Shown one piece after another: positions 46,001 to 59,141 of a DNA stretch of 64,000 nt. The notes under the pieces were generated by a model. It worked only from the letters and a program-made list of their open reading frames with translations, was not told where the DNA came from and searched no databases. Origin of the DNA: Gammaproteobacteria bacterium (lineage in GTDB: Bacteria > Pseudomonadota > Gammaproteobacteria > Eutrophobiales > Eutrophobiaceae); NCBI GenBank assembly GCA_965238225.1, contig OZ250183.1:1056001-1120000 (forward strand), read 5' to 3'. The stretch's first letter is position 1. Each line of letters begins with the position of its first letter. The position numbers were made by a program, and so were the translations under genes.

Positions 46001-46815
46001 TCCCGCGGATTTTAGACGATAAAATCGTTGGTAAAGAAGCAACAAAACTCCATGAAGATGCAAAGATGATGCTTGATAAAATCATCAAAGAGAAATGGTT
46101 TTCTGCAAAAGGTATTTATGGATTATTTTCTGCTAATTCTATTGGTCGCGACGATATTGAAATTTATAAAGACGAAAAAAGAGACGGGCTTTTGATATCT
46201 ATGCACAGCCTGCGTCAGCAAACACAAAAGCCGCCCGGTCAAGCCAATTTTGCGTTGGCTGACTTCATTGCACCGGAAGAAACACATGTAAAAGATTATA
46301 TTGGCGCATTTGCTGTCGCCACAGGCTTTGGCGTAGAAGAACGGATTAAACAATTTGAAAATGATCATGATGATTATAGTGCCATTATGCTTAAAGCTTT
46401 GGCAGACAGGCTTGCCGAGGCCTTTGCAGAAAGACTGCATCAGCGCATCCGTAAAGAATTCTGGGCTTATGATGCGAATGAGACATTGGAAAATGAGCAT
46501 CTTATTGCTGAAAAATACCAAGGTATTCGTCCCGCGCCGGGTTATCCGGCCTGTCCGGATCACACTGAAAAACTATTGATATGGAATTTGCTTAAAGTAG
46601 GAAAAAGTACAGGCATTACACTTACAGAAAGTTATGCCATGTATCCATCTGCCGCAATCAGCGGACTATATTTCTCGCATCCTGACTCCAGATATTTTGG
46701 ACTGGGGAAGATTAACAAGGATCAAGTAAAAGACTACGCAAGAAGGAAAGGGATTTCTATCCAAGAAATGGAGCGGTGGTTGGCACCTAATATAGGCTAT
46801 GACCCGGATACTTAA
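43057..46815 (+). CDS. metH: Cobalamin-dependent methionine synthase
   Basis: [27 protein letters not shown] cobalamin motif, [10 protein letters not shown]; likely start MTNST at 43057. Confidence 0.98.
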   Translation: MTNSTEKLKQALQSRILVLDGAMGTMIQSYKLEEADYRGERFSNHPCDLKGNNDLLSLTQPDIIKAIHGAYLDAGADIVETNTFNSTSIAMLDYQQQDLVYELNKTGALLAQEAAEAYEGFVAGVLGPTNRTCSISPDVNNPGFRNVSYTELVEAYTEAIRGLIDGGSDLLLVETIFDTLNAKAALFAINQYFDAHDISLPIMVSGTITDASGRTLTGQTTEAFWNSVRHSNPLSIGLNCALGPNDLRHYIEELSSFSQALISAHPNAGLPNEFGEYDMQAKAMAEHIKEWAESGFLNIVGGCCGTTPEHIAAIANAVYGVKPRDIPEIPTHLRLSGLEPFNITPDVNFVNIGERTNVAGSPLFLRLVKEEGDLDAALDIAKQQVEDGAQIIDVCMDEGMLNSEQMMEDFLKLIASEPDICRVPVMIDSSKWSVIEAGLRCVQGKCVVNSISLKEGEAKFIEYARLIRRYGAAVVVMAFDEAGQADTTERRFNLCKRSYDILLNNANFPPEDIIFDPNILTVATGMKEHNNYAVSFFEATRLIKEHLPHALVSGGLSNVSFSFRGNNLVREAMHSAFLYHGIQAGMDMAIVNAGQLEIYDEIHKELLEYVEDVLLNRRDDATDRLVKFAGNVHIYISSVVHYLKPYIPDSVSVSDKLTRELEKGVDLEWRKGDVQAKLSHALVKGITEFIEEDTEEARQEAIQQAKKSLHVIEGPLMVGMNVVGDLFGAGKMFLPQVVKSARVMKKAVAYLLPYIEAEKGSEEIKGNGKIIMATVKGDVHDIGKNIVGVVLQCNNFEVVDLGVMVPAQTILDKARDLNADIIGLSGLITPSLDEMVHVAKEMQRQDLTLPLMIGGATTSRAHTAVKIDLAYKHPVIHVKDASRAVGISTRLLNVDMKEELSKEIKKDYDIVRERHAGKQAKINWLTLEDARANRVVIDWHHYTPPIPKKLGIEIFTDYSLEELAKYIDWTPLFIAWELAGKFPRILDDKIVGKEATKLHEDAKMMLDKIIKEKWFSAKGIYGLFSANSIGRDDIEIYKDEKRDGLLISMHSLRQQTQKPPGQANFALADFIAPEETHVKDYIGAFAVATGFGVEERIKQFENDHDDYSAIMLKALADRLAEAFAERLHQRIRKEFWAYDANETLENEHLIAEKYQGIRPAPGYPACPDHTEKLLIWNLLKVGKSTGITLTESYAMYPSAAISGLYFSHPDSRYFGLGKINKDQVKDYARRKGISIQEMERWLAPNIGYDPDT

Positions 46816-46983
46816 TGCTCGCAAAAAATTTATAAAGCGAAATTTAACTTCGTTAAAAAATATTTTCTAGCTATTTCTGTCAGCTCATCTCTATAAACTG
46901 CACGCAGAAAGATTCATAAAAAATTTCTTAAGTTTCAATTTTTATGGTTTTTGTTGCTGTCAAGTCAATATTAAGTCTTAAAG

Positions 46984-49900
46984 CTAAAACTCAAGACCAA
47001 GTTCCAAGTCAAAACTGTCTAGATGTCCTGAATCTATGGCTTCGGTGCGCTCGTAACCTGCTGAGACATAAGCACCATTTTGAGATTTGTACTCAAGGCC
47101 TGCACCAAACTTCAAGTTATGCGTTGCCTTGTCTTCTGTGGTAATGGTGTACTTTGTATTGGGTACGTCCAGATAATAAAGCTCAGCAGTAGAACTAAGG
47201 CTGATATCGACACCATATTCAATGACGCCATAAGGCCTTAGTGTGCCTTTATTTAAGCGTATGAGGTAATCCACATCAAGCCCTGTGTATAAAATCATAT
47301 TATTGATGGTTTGACGATCATAAGCGAGCGCACCGAAGCCAGATTCCGCATAGTCACTCAATCGGGTATAGGAGGCATTCACCCTGCCGTAGGGAGAGAA
47401 TTTCATGGCTTGTTTTTTGAAGTTACCCCTGAAGGTTAAGGATGCAAATATTTGATTTATATCACGTTTACCTTCGATTAATGCATTGTTGTTACTCAGA
47501 TATCTTTGGATATTGGCATCAATGCGGCTTATACCTACAAGGCCTTCAATGGTGGTGTTATTGTCTCGCTCAAAGGCACTGTAGACCGAAAAACTATAGG
47601 CATCTGACTCTATGTTGGTGGTATCAATATCGTTATCAGCAACGCCCAAGCTTACAGCAACACCGAAGAGGTACTTACGATTGTCCAAGTATCTGTCTAA
47701 GCCAAAAGAGATGCTTCGTGTAAAGATATCTTGTGCATCAAGATTGCCTAGGGTGATGTTACCTGCTGACCAGATTGCCCAAGTATCACTGATACTGCCT
47801 GTGGGGTTTAGGGCAACCAGATTACCGAAGATATCTTGTTTTAGTTTGGCAAATTCATTCGCAGCGCGATCGGCGATCTCTTGTTTGAGCGTATCAAACA
47901 TGGATGTGCCATTGTTATCGTTATTGTAGGCGAGTGTCTTTGCCATACCTGCAAGACGTTCTTGAGTGAACTGATTATTTTCTCTTACCTGTGTATTAAA
48001 GAACTTGTTGAATATTTGATCAGCAAAGCCAATCCTGATGCCTTGATAGGATAGATTGTTACTTCCCCGGTTATGACGTAACCAGGTCATGCGTGCAGCA
48101 ATAGCGTTTGTTGAGGCAGCAGTCCATGCGCTTGCAGTAGCAGCTTGGGTTTTAATGCTGCTCATGGCGCTTGCAGTAGCAGCTGGATTAGAAGCGGATG
48201 TGATAGCTGATGTAGTAAAGACAATAACATCCTCACCATTGTAAGCATTACCTGCAAGGTCAGTAAATAATTCTATTGGGATGGTGATCGTATAGCGTGC
48301 ATTAGCAAGCAAGTCCTCGCTTGGATTAATGGTGATTTGATTACTGCCCTCGCCCGTAACTTCTGTGCTCGTATTTGTCACAGAAATGGTTTGCGTACTG
48401 CTTATTTCAATGTTGTTTTGTGTAGCAGAGCCTGTAATCGTGATATTACCAGAACCTATTGTCATCGCTTCACTAAAGGTCAGGACAATATTGTTATCTA
48501 CAGAAATCCCCGTTACACCATTTGCAGGTATGGATGATACAAGTTCCGGGAAAGTAGCATCAGGGGTTACTGTCAAGCTTGCTGTTGATGTTGTTAAAAC
48601 ATTAGTTGAGCTATCTAGCACAAATAATTTATAAGTACCTGTGGCGCGGGGCGCATAAATGGAGGCGGCATCACCTGCAGCTTGGGTCATAGTGGCACTT
48701 TCAACAAAGCTCACCGTAACTTCCGGTGCAAACCAGATGCTATTATTCTTATCGCCTGAGCTTACAATGGTAACTGGCTGTCCAGATGTAGTGCTTACAC
48801 TGTCAACAAACACTGTGGTACTCGTACTGCTTTTTGCAGCTGGAGATTTTTTAGCTGATACAGATGATGTACCTGCAGTGTCACCTGTTACAACAATGCT
48901 TCCACCAGAGGTGGGCTCGCTAACTACCGTGTTGCCTGCTAGGTCTGTGCCTTGGCTCAATCTAAATTTTTGTGTGCCGGAACGACTGCCTACGCTCCAT
49001 ATATAGTAATAGGTTCTTGCATTACTTGGCTCCCTTAGCATGTTCGTTGCATTGATGGTTTGTACACCACTGCCAGAAATCTGCATAGCAGGCGTAGCTG
49101 CTATGTCCTCATTGAAGGTGACAGTGATAAAGACTCTATTCCCAGATTCTACTTCTGTAACCGAATCATTTCCTGTAGATGAAAGGGAATATCTGAGCTG
49201 TGCTGTAGGTCGTGTGATATCTACTGCTGCTACTGTTGTAATGTTAGTGGTGGTACCAGCATAGGCATTACCTGCAACATCTCCAAAGACTGTTGCTGGG
49301 ATGGTGATTTCATAGTTTGTATCTGAAAGTAAGTCGTCTGTTGGGTTAATGGTGATGGTAGAAGTACCTTCGCCTGTTACCTGTGTGCTTGTTATAGGAA
49401 TATTTATAGCAGTACCACCTTGAGGTGCTAGGGTAATATTGCCTATGTATGCTGTGGTAATTTCTTCATTAAAGGTCAGCACAATATTACTGTCTAATGG
49501 AACATTAGTTGCATTATTTGCAGGTGTAAAGGATGTTAATGTCGGAGCTGTGGTATCTACTGTAAGCTCGTTTGATGTAGTGTCTGTGCTTACATTGCCT
49601 GCTGTGTCTGTGACTGTTGCAGTGATGTCGTAAGTAGCATCAGCAAGTGTATTGGCTGTAAAAGACCATGTGCCATCTGTAGCAACAGTAGGTGTATAGG
49701 TTTCATCATTTAAGGCAACAGAGAGTGTCTCACCTGTAAGAAGTGCGCTACCTGTGCCTGTTGTGCCTGTGATTCGTGTTGTTGGGTCATTGCTGGTCTA
49801 GTGCATTGACTGTAGGGGTAGCAGGGGCTGTGTTGTCCACGGTAAGCTCGTTTGATGTAGTGTCTGTGCTTACATTGCCTGCTGTGTCTGTGACTGTTGC

Positions 49901-52900
49901 AGTGATGTCGTAAGTACCATCAGCAAGTGTATTGGTTGTAAAAGACCATGTACCATCTGTGGCAATAGTAGGTGTATAGGTTTCACCATTATTTAAGGCA
50001 ACAGAGAGTGTCTCACCTGTAAGAAGTGCGCTACCTGTGCCTGTTGTGCCTGTGATGACAGGTGTGCTGTTGTCATTGCTGGTTAGTGTATTGACTGTAG
50101 GGGTAGCAGGGGCTGTGTTGTCCACGGTAAGCTCGTTTGATGTAGTGTCTGTGCTTACATTGCCTGCTGTATCAGTGACTGTTGCAGTGATGTCGTAAGT
50201 GCCATCAGCAAGTGTATTGGCTGTAAAAGACCATGTACCATCTGTGGCAATAGTAGGTGTATAGGTTTCACCATTAAAGGCTACAGAGAGTGTCTCACCT
50301 GTAAGAAGTGCGCTACCTGTGCCTGTTGTGCCTGTGATTCCTGTCATTGCTGGTCTGTGTATTGACTGTAGGGGTAGCAGGGGCTGTGTTTCCACGGTAA
50401 GCTCGTTTGATGTGCTGTGCTTACATTGCCTGCTGTATCTGTGACTGTTGCAGGATAGGTGCTCGTAAGTACCATCAGCAAGTAAGATTGGTTGTAAAAG
50501 TCCATGTACCATCTGTGGCAATAGTAGGTGTATAAGTTGTACCATCTAACACTACAGAGAGTGTCTCACCTGTAAGAAGTGCGCTACCTGTGCCTGTTGT
50601 GCCTGTGATTCGTGTTGTTGGGTCATTGCTGGTCTAGTGTATTGACTGTAGGGGTAGCAGGGGCTGTGTTGTCCACGGTAAGCTCGTTTGATGTAGTATC
50701 TGTGCTTACATTGCCTGCTGTGTCTGTGACTGTTGCAGTGATGTCGTAAGTAGTGCATCATCAAGTGCATTGCATTACTTACTGTAAAGTGCCATGTACC
50801 ATCTGTGGCAATAGTAGGTGTATGTATAAGGACAACAGAGAGTGTCTCACCTGAGAAGTGCTACCTGTACCTGTTACTGACAGGTGTGCTGTTGTTGCTG
50901 CTGTGATTTGTTGTTATTGCTGGTCTGTGTATTGACTGTAGGGGTAGCAGGGGCTGTGTTGTCCACGGTAAGCTCGTTTGATGTAGTATCTGTGCTTACA
51001 TTGCCTGCTGTGTCTGTGACTGTTGCAGTGATGTCGGTGCATCATCAAGTGCATTAGTACTTACTGTAAAAGACCATGTACCATCTGTGGCAATAGTAGG
51101 TGTATAAGTTTCACCATTATTTAAGGCTACAGAGAGTGTCTCACCTGTAAGAAGTGCGCTACCTGTGCCTGTTGTGCCTGTGATTTCAGGGGTTGTGTCA
51201 TTGCTGGTTAGTGTATTGACTGTAGGGGTAGCAGGGGCTGTGTTGTCTACGGTAATAGTGGTAGATGTAGGTTCTATTACATTGCCTGCTAAGTTTGTAC
51301 CTTGGCTTAGTGTAAATATTTGTGTGCCATCGCCCGTGCCTACTGTCCATCTATAGGTGTAGGTTGTTGCATTGAATCTTGTCATGTTGGTGGCAGCAAT
51401 GGGATTTACGCCAGTACCTGTAATTTGCATGGCAGGCGTATCTGCTATGTCCTCACTGAATTTAGCATGGACGATGACGGTATCCCCTGCTTTTACTGCA
51501 GGTATACGATAATTAGCTCCTATACGATAACTCATGCCGTTTACTCTTAGCCAAGAACGGACATCGGCTGTGGGGGCTGTGTTGTCTGCTGCTACTGTTG
51601 TAATGTTAGTGGTGGTACCAGCATAGGCATTACCTGCAACATCTCCAAAGACTGTTGCTGGGATGGTGATTTCATAGCTTGTACCTGAAAGTAAGTCGTC
51701 TGTTGGGTTAAGGGTGATGGTAGAAGTACCTTCGCCTGTTACCTGTGTGCTTGTTACAGGAATATTTATAGCAGTACCACCTTGAGGTGCTAGGGTAATA
51801 TTGCCTGTGCCTATGGTAATTTCTTCATTAAAGGTCAGCACAATATTACTGTCTAATGGAACATTAGTTGCATTATTTGCAGGTGTAAAGGATGTTAATG
51901 TCGGAGCTGTGTTGTCTACGGTAATAGTGGTAGATGCAGTGTCTGTACTTACATTGCCTGTTGTATCAGTGACTGTTGCAGTGATGTCGTAAGTACCATC
52001 AGCAAGTGTATTTGCTGTAAAGTGCCATGTGCCATCTGTAGCAACAGTGGGTGTGTAGGTTTCATCATTTAAGGCAACAGAGAGTGTCTCACCTGTAAGA
52101 AGTGCGCTACCTGTGCCTGTTGTGCCTGTGATGACAGGTGTTGCTGTCATTGCTGGTTAGTGTATTGACTGTAGGGGTAACAGGGGCTGTGTTGTCTACG
52201 GTAATAGTGGTAGATGTAGGTTCTATTACATTGCCTGCTAAGTCTGTACCTTGGCTTAGTGTAAATGTTTGTGTGCCATCGCCCGTGCCTACTGTCCATC
52301 TATAGGTGTAGGTTGTTGCATTGAATCTTGTCATGTTGGTGGCAGCAATGGGATTTACGCCAGTACCTGTAATTTGCATGGCAGGCGTATCTGCTATGTC
52401 CTCACTGAATCTAGCATGGACGATGACGGCATCCCCTGCTTTTACTGCAGGTATACGATAATTAGCTCCTATACGATAACTAATGCCGTTTACTCTTAGC
52501 CAAGAACGGACATCGGCTGTAGGGGCTGTGTTGTCTGCTGCTACTGTTGTAATGTTAGTGGTGGTACCAACATAGGCATTACCTGCAACATCTCTAAAGA
52601 CTGTTGCTGGGATGATGATTTCATAGCTTGTACCTGAAAGTAAGTCGTCTGTTGGGTTAAGGGTGACTTGAGTCATAGGCTCTGTGCGTATTCCTACAAG
52701 AAAAGGCTCTAATTGATGATCGTCATCGTTCCTGACATCAATTTCAACCACAGTGCCTGTGCTAGGGGTTAAGGTGATGTTGCTGCCGCCAGAACCTACG
52801 GCGATTGGTTCATCAAAGGTCAGGACAATATCGCTGCCTATAGAAACACCTGCTGCATTACGGGCAGGTGAGGAAGATATTAATTTCGGGGCTGTATTAT

Positions 52901-55900
52901 CCACTATAATTGTGGCTCCATGTGTGGGCTCACTCACGACTAGATTGCCTGCTAAGTCCCTGCCCCCGCTTAGTGTAAATGTTCGTGTGCCCTCACCAGG
53001 GCTGACCCGCCAGCCAAAAGAATAGAGTACTACTACTACTACTAACATTGGGGTCAGGGAAAACAGGCGACATCTCGATAAGTGTGCCTTGGATTTCTAC
53101 AATAGGGCTAACTATGGTAGGGCTATCTTCTATCTCCTCACTAAACCTAACAGTGGTAAGTATGAGAGTCCCTGTTTTTACTCGAGTCAATTCATTGCCA
53201 CTGTTGATATAGGAGTTTTCCGGAACAGACGCTCCGTTATGATGAAAAAGTTCTGCTGTAGGGGCTGTGGTATCTACTACTACTGTTGTAATGTTAGTGG
53301 TGGTACCAACATAGGCATTACCTATAACATCTCCAAAGACTGTTGCTGGGATGGTGATTTCATAGTTTGTACCTGAAAGTAAGTCGTCTGTTGGGTTAAG
53401 GGTGATGGTAGAAGTACCTTCGCCTGTTACCTGTGTGCTTGTTACAGGAATATTTATAGCAGTACCACCTTGAGGTGTTAGGGTAATATTGCCTGTGCCT
53501 ATGGTAATTTCTTCATTAAAGGTCAGCACAATATTACTGTCTAATGGAACATTAGTTGCATTATTTGCAGGTGTGAAGGATGTTAATGTCGGAGCTGTGG
53601 TATCTACTGTAAGCTCGTTTGATGTAGTGTCTGTACTTACATAGCCTGCTGCATCAGTGACTGTTGCAGTGATGTTGTAAGTGCCATCAGCAAGTGTATT
53701 GGCTGTAAAAGACCATGTGCCATCTGTAGCAACAATAGGTGTATAGGTTTCACCATTTAAGGCAACAGAGAGTGTCTTATCTATAAAGACTAGCGTATCT
53801 ATAAGGAGTGCGCTACCTGTGATTTGTGGTCTTGGGTCATTGCTTGTCTGTGTATTAACCGTGGGTGTGGCATCTATTATAAGCTCGTTTGATGTAGTAT
53901 CTGTACTTACATAGCCTGCTGCATCAGTGAATGTTGCAGTGATGTCGTAAGTACCATCAGCAAGTGCATTTGCTGTAAAGTGCCATGTGCCATCTGTAGC
54001 AACAATAGGTCTATAGGTTCTAAAATTTAAGACAACAAAGAGTGTCTCACCTGTAAGAAGTGCGTTACCTATGCCTGTTGTGCCTGTGATTTGTGCCCTT
54101 GGGTCATTGCTGGTTAGTGTATTGACTGTAGGGGTAACAGGGGCTGGGTTGTCTACGGTAATGGTGGTAGATGTAGGTTCTATTACATTGCCTGCTAAGT
54201 CTGTGCCTTGGCTTAGTGTAAATGTTTGTGTGCCATCGCCTGTGCCTGGTGTCCATCTATAGGTGTAGGTTGTTGCATTGAATTTTGTCATGTTGGTGGC
54301 AGCAATGGGATTTACGCCAGTACCTGTAATTTGCATGGCAGGCGTATCTGCTATGGGTTCGCTGAATCTAGTATGGACGATGACGGCATCCCCTGCTTTT
54401 ACTGCAGGTATACGATAATTAGCTCCTATACGATAACTCACGCCGTTTACTCTTAGCCAAGAACGGACATCGGCTGTAGGGGCTGTGTTGTCTACGGTCA
54501 GCTCGTTTGATGTAGTGTCTGTGCTGACATTGCCTGCTGTGTCTGTGACTGTTGCAGTGATGTCGTAAGTGTCATCAGCAAGTGGTGTATTGGCTGTAAA
54601 GTGCCATGTGCCATCTGTAGCAACAGTGGGTGTATGGGTTTCACCATTTAAGGCAACAGAGAGTGTCTCACCTGTAAGAAGTGAGTTACCTATACCTATT
54701 GTGCCTGTGATTCGTGTTGTTGGGTCATTGCTGGTTAGTGTATTGACTGTGGGGGTAACAGGGGCTGTGTTGTCTACGGTAATGGCAGTAGATGTAGGTT
54801 CTATTACATTGCCTGCTAAGTCTGTGCCTTGGCTTAGTGTGAATGTTTGTGTGCCATCACCTGTGCCTACTGTCAATCTATGGATGTAGATTGTTGCATT
54901 AATTTTTGTCATGTTGGTGGCAGTAATGGGATTTACGCCAGTACCTGTAATTTGCATGGCAGGCGTATCTGCTATGGGTTCGCTGAATCTAGCATGGACG
55001 ATGACGGTATCCCCTGCTTTTACTGCAGGTATACGATAATTAGCTCCTATACGATAACTCATGCCGTTTACTCTTAGCCAAGAACGGACATCGGCTGTGG
55101 GGGCTGTGTTGTCTACTACTACTGTTGTAATGTTAGTGGTGGTACCAGCATAGGCATTACCTGCAACATCTCTAAAGACTGTTGCTGGGATGATGATTTC
55201 ATAGCTTGTACCTGAAAGTAAGTCGTCTGTTGGGTTAAGGGTGACTTGAGTCATAGGCTCTGTGCGTATTCCTACAAGAAAAGGCTCTAATTGATGATCG
55301 TCATCGTTCCTGACATCAATTTCAACCACAGTGCCTGTGCTAGGGGTTAAGGTGATGTTGCTGCCGCCAGAACCTACGGCGATTGGTTCATCAAAGGTCA
55401 GGACAATATCGCTGCCTATAGGAACACCTGCTGCATTACGGGCAGGTGAGGAAGATATTAATTTCGGGGCTGTATTATCCACTATAATTGTGGCTCCATG
55501 TGTGGGCTCACTCACGACTAGATTGCCTGCTAAGTCCCTGCCCCCTCTTAGTGTAAATGTTCGTGTGCCCTCACCAGGGCTGACCCGCCAGCCAAAAGAA
55601 TAGAGTCTCCTACTACTACTAACATTGGGGTCAGGGAAAACAGGCGACATCTCGATAAGTGTGCCTTGGATTTCTACAATAGGGCTATCTTCTATCTCCT
55701 CACTAAACCTAACAGTGGTAAGTATGAGAGTCCCTGTTTTTACTCGAGTCAATTCATTGCCACTGTTGATATAGGAGTTTCCCGGAACAGACGCTCCGTT
55801 ATGATGAAAAAGTTCTGCTGTAGGGGCTGTGGTATCTACTACTACTACTGTTGTAATGTTAGTGGTGGTACCAACATAGGCATAACCTATAACATCTCTA

Positions 55901-57471
55901 AAGACTGTTGCTGGGATGGTGATTTCATAGTTTGTACCTGAAAGTAAGTCGTCTGTTGGGTTAAGGGTGATGGTAGAAGTACCTTCGCCTGTTACCTGTG
56001 TGCTTGTTACAGGAATATTTATAGCAGTACCACCTTGAGGTGTTAGGGTAATATTGCCTGTGCCTATGGTAATTTCTTCATTAAAGGTCAGCACAATATT
56101 ACTGTCTAATGGAACATTAGTTGCATTATTTGCAGGTGTAAAGGATGTTAATGTCGGAGCTGTGGTATCTACTGTAAGCTCGTTTGATGTAGTATCTGTG
56201 CTTATATTGCCTGTTGTATCAGTGACTGTTGCAGTGATGTCGTAAGTGTCATCAGCAAGTGTATTGGCTGTAAAACTCCATGCGCCATCTGTAGCAACAG
56301 TGGGTGTGTAAGTTTCACCATTTAAGGCAACAGAGAGTGTCTCACCTGTAAGAAGTGCGCTACCTGTGCCTGTTGTGCCTGTGATTTGTGCCCTTGGGTC
56401 ATTGCTGGTTAGTGCATTAACCGTGGGGGTAACAGGGGCTGTGTTGTCTACGGTAATGGTGGTAGATGTAGGTTCTATTACATTGCCTGCTAAGTCTGTG
56501 CCTTGGCTTAGTGTAAATGTTTGTGTGCCATCGCCTGTGCCTGGTGTCCATCTATAGGTGTAGATTGTTGTATTGAATCTTGTCATGTTGGTGGCAGCAA
56601 TGGGATTTACGCCAGTACCTGTAATTTGCATGGCAGGCGTATCTGCTATGGGTTCGCTGAATCTAGTATGGACGATGACGGCATCCCCTGCTTTTACTGC
56701 AGGTATACGATAATTAGCTCCTATACGATAACTCACGCCGTTTACTCTTAGCCAAGAACGGACATCGGCTGTGGGGGCTGTGTTGTCTACGGTAAGCTCG
56801 TTTGATGTAGTGTCTGTACTGACATTGCCTGTTGTGTCTGTGGCTGTTGCAGTGATGTCGTAAGTACCATCAGCAAGTGTATTGGCTGTAAAAGACCATG
56901 TGCCATCTGTAGCAACAGTAGGTGTGTAGGTTGTACCATTTAAGGTAATAGAGAGTGTCTCACCTGTAAGAAGTGCGCTACCTGTGCCTGTTGTGCCTGT
57001 GATGACAGGGGTTGGGTCATTGCTGGTTAGTGTATTAATCGTGGGTGTAGTAACAGGGGCTGTGCCTATCACTGTAATGGTGTTAGACGTGGTTTCGACA
57101 GTGTCCGTGCCTTGGTGGGTTAAAGTAAATGTTTGTATGCCAACAGCACCATCGTTGATTGTCCATGAATAGTAATAGAGCTCTCCGAGACTATCAATAG
57201 AGTATCTCATCATACTGGTTGCAGGAAAGCTATGTGCGCCAGTACCTGTGATTTCTATACTAGGACTATCTGCCCATACTATTCCTCCAAGGTCTGTGGC
57301 AATGATAAATACATTATTCCCTGCTTCTACTTGAGTAACAGGCTGACCATTCACCACATAAATGAGTTTAGCTGTGAGTGCTGCCTGTGCTACCTGTGCA
57401 GAAAATCCTGCAAGGAAAAAGACCAGTGTGAGACGTTTAAGTAGGTTTGTTGTGTTGTTAAGTAGTTTCAT
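46984..57471 (-). CDS. Giant Ig-repeat autotransporter adhesin (~3,500 aa if intact; frameshifted in this sequence)
   Basis: Signal peptide ..AQVAQA; about 29 Thr-rich Ig-like modules spread over ORFs 52993-57471, 52107-53048, 50996-52150, 49787-50545 and 46984-49482; C-terminal beta-barrel ending LELGLEF. Confidence 0.85.
49220..57050 (-). repeat. Mosaic array of near-identical ~270-370-bp domain repeats of five types
   Basis: e.g. GTGTCTCACCTGTAAGAAGTGCG and RSWLRVNG/RIGANYRIPAVKAG segments recur many times. Confidence 0.95.
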
Positions 57472-57748
57472 TATTATGTTCTTACCGTAATTATCCTAGG
57501 AATGTTATGCCTAAATCTTACACCTAATTCTTGACCGCTTAACTATAAAGTTTGAACCAGCATAATTTTAAACACATAAATTATTACTAATGATTTTTTA
57601 GTTATTCCTCTATTTTACATTGTTTATTTTTACATTGTTCTTCAGTGTTGTAGCCTTTAGTGCTGCTGAAGTTAAAATAGTTCCTTAAAAATTCCAGAAA
57701 AATATACTTAAACATTAGCAATGTTGCTTTAAGGTAATTTTGGTGAAG

Positions 57749-57784
57749 ATATATTACGTACCCATCATATATTACGTACCCATC
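57749..57784. repeat. 18-bp tandem direct repeat
   Basis: ATATATTACGTACCCATC x2. Confidence 0.85.
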
Positions 57785-57903
57785 TATGTAGCGATAAAAG
57801 CATGCAAAAATAACGATTTTCCGGAAATTGTTTTGGTGCTTGCAAATTGTTGCAAATTGACCAAACCCAACGTTCGGCTGCCTATCTCTACGTCTATTCA
57901 AAT

Positions 57904-57993
57904 TGGCGGAGAGAGAGGGATTCGAACCCTCGAAGGGCTTACACCCTCGCTGGTTTTCAAGACCAGTGCATTCAACCGCTCTGCCATCTCTCC
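57904..57993 (-). tRNA. serT: tRNA-Ser (anticodon UGA)
   Basis: GGAGAGATGGCAGAGCGG..CTGGTCT-TGA-AAACCAG, long variable arm, GGTTCGAATCCC, 3' GCCA; adjacent to yccA. Confidence 0.98.
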
Positions 57994-58161
57994 CAAGCTT
58001 ATTAATATTTTTTACATGACTACTGCCTTATGCCGTACATATCATAGCACTTGATATCCCTTAGAACATGATAATTTCTATCGTTTTTTTAATCTACTAT
58101 TTTTAATCTACTAGAGTATTAGTTGGGGTATTAATTTTTCTATTTTTATACCATCTAAAGA

Positions 58162-58190
58162 CTTGAAAATGCTGATTTATCCCGCATACT
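58162..58190 (+). promoter_or_regulatory. Possible sigma32 promoter of yccA
   Basis: CTTGAAA-13nt-CCGCATAC resembles CTTGAAA..CCCCAT. Confidence 0.4.
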
Positions 58191-58233
58191 GGCGATGTTG
58201 CGTGTTTTAATTAATTACTAGGAGCTTATTCTC

Positions 58234-58908
58234 ATGATCCAAAACCCAGAAATTGTCATACGCAGGCCAAATGAGTCTGTTTTAGCGACCAACAAAGTCC
58301 TTAAAAACACATACATGCTGCTTTCGATGACTTTGCTTTTTAGCGCACTAACAGCATGGATTGCCATGAAAATAAACATGCCGCCTCTAAATATATTCAT
58401 TACTCTTGGTGGTTATTTTGCACTGTTATATACCACAACAAAGCTGAGAAATAGCGCTTGGGGGATTATCTCAATTTTCGCATTTACCGGTTTTATGGGT
58501 TTAACAATGGGTCCTATAATTAACTTATATCTAAATACATTTTCTAATGGTACTGAGCTCGTTACCTTGTCTATGGGCGGTACTGGGGCTATTTTCATTG
58601 GTCTTTCAAGCTATGTCTTGACCACAAAAAAAGATTTCAGCTTTATGAGCGGGTTTTTAATGGTCGGCATTTTAACCGCCTTTTTGGCTGGCATTGCTGC
58701 ATTGATATTTAATATCCCTGCGCTTTCATTGGCAGTTTCAGCTGTTTTTATATTACTGATGTCTGGTCTCATACTTCACCAAACAAGTGAAATTATTCAT
58801 GGCGGCGAAACCAATTACATCATGGCGACCATTACGCTTTACATATCCATATATAACCTCTTTATGAGCTTACTGCATATATTAGGCGCTGTGGCTGGTG
58901 ATGATTAA
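58234..58908 (+). CDS. yccA: Bax inhibitor-1/YccA family membrane protein
   Basis: TNKVLKNTYMLL, FTGFMG, KKDFSF, IIHGGETNYI. Confidence 0.95.
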   Translation: MIQNPEIVIRRPNESVLATNKVLKNTYMLLSMTLLFSALTAWIAMKINMPPLNIFITLGGYFALLYTTTKLRNSAWGIISIFAFTGFMGLTMGPIINLYLNTFSNGTELVTLSMGGTGAIFIGLSSYVLTTKKDFSFMSGFLMVGILTAFLAGIAALIFNIPALSLAVSAVFILLMSGLILHQTSEIIHGGETNYIMATITLYISIYNLFMSLLHILGAVAGDD

Positions 58909-58953
58909 CTAAACTATTTCACATACGAACATGCCGTAGAGCATGAATTTCAT

Positions 58954-58986
58954 AAAAGTCCGATATTGTTAAATCGGGCTTTTTTA
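58954..58986 (+). terminator. Rho-independent terminator after yccA
   Basis: AAGTCCGAT-loop-ATCGGGCTT followed by a T run. Confidence 0.75.
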
Positions 58987-59141
58987 TTTGTAGCCTATAT
59001 CCGTGCTAGTACGTTTAAGCTTGCGTATCGGCGCTATTTACATCTAGCTAGGTTAAAAACGGCAAACAGTATTAAGCAGTGTCGGAAACAACAATTCTTT
59101 TAAATATTTTTAGGGCAAACATTTTACAAAAGGTTATTGGC

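Noticed and set aside
53028-53046. Phase variation by the AGT microsatellite at the first adhesin frameshift
   Set aside because: Trinucleotide slippage cannot restore a 1-nt frameshift
49220-57050. Diversity-generating retroelement acting on the adhesin
   Set aside because: No reverse transcriptase in the window and I saw no template/variable pair differing specifically at adenines
47442-57444. Recurrent plus-strand small ORFs (MCAIA.., MPVVPV.., MDFYNR..)
   Set aside because: Antisense shadows of the adhesin repeats
57602-58054. ORFs 57602-57901 (-) and 57740-58054 (+)
   Set aside because: No recognisable motifs; one overlaps the tRNA antisense and both run through short repeats
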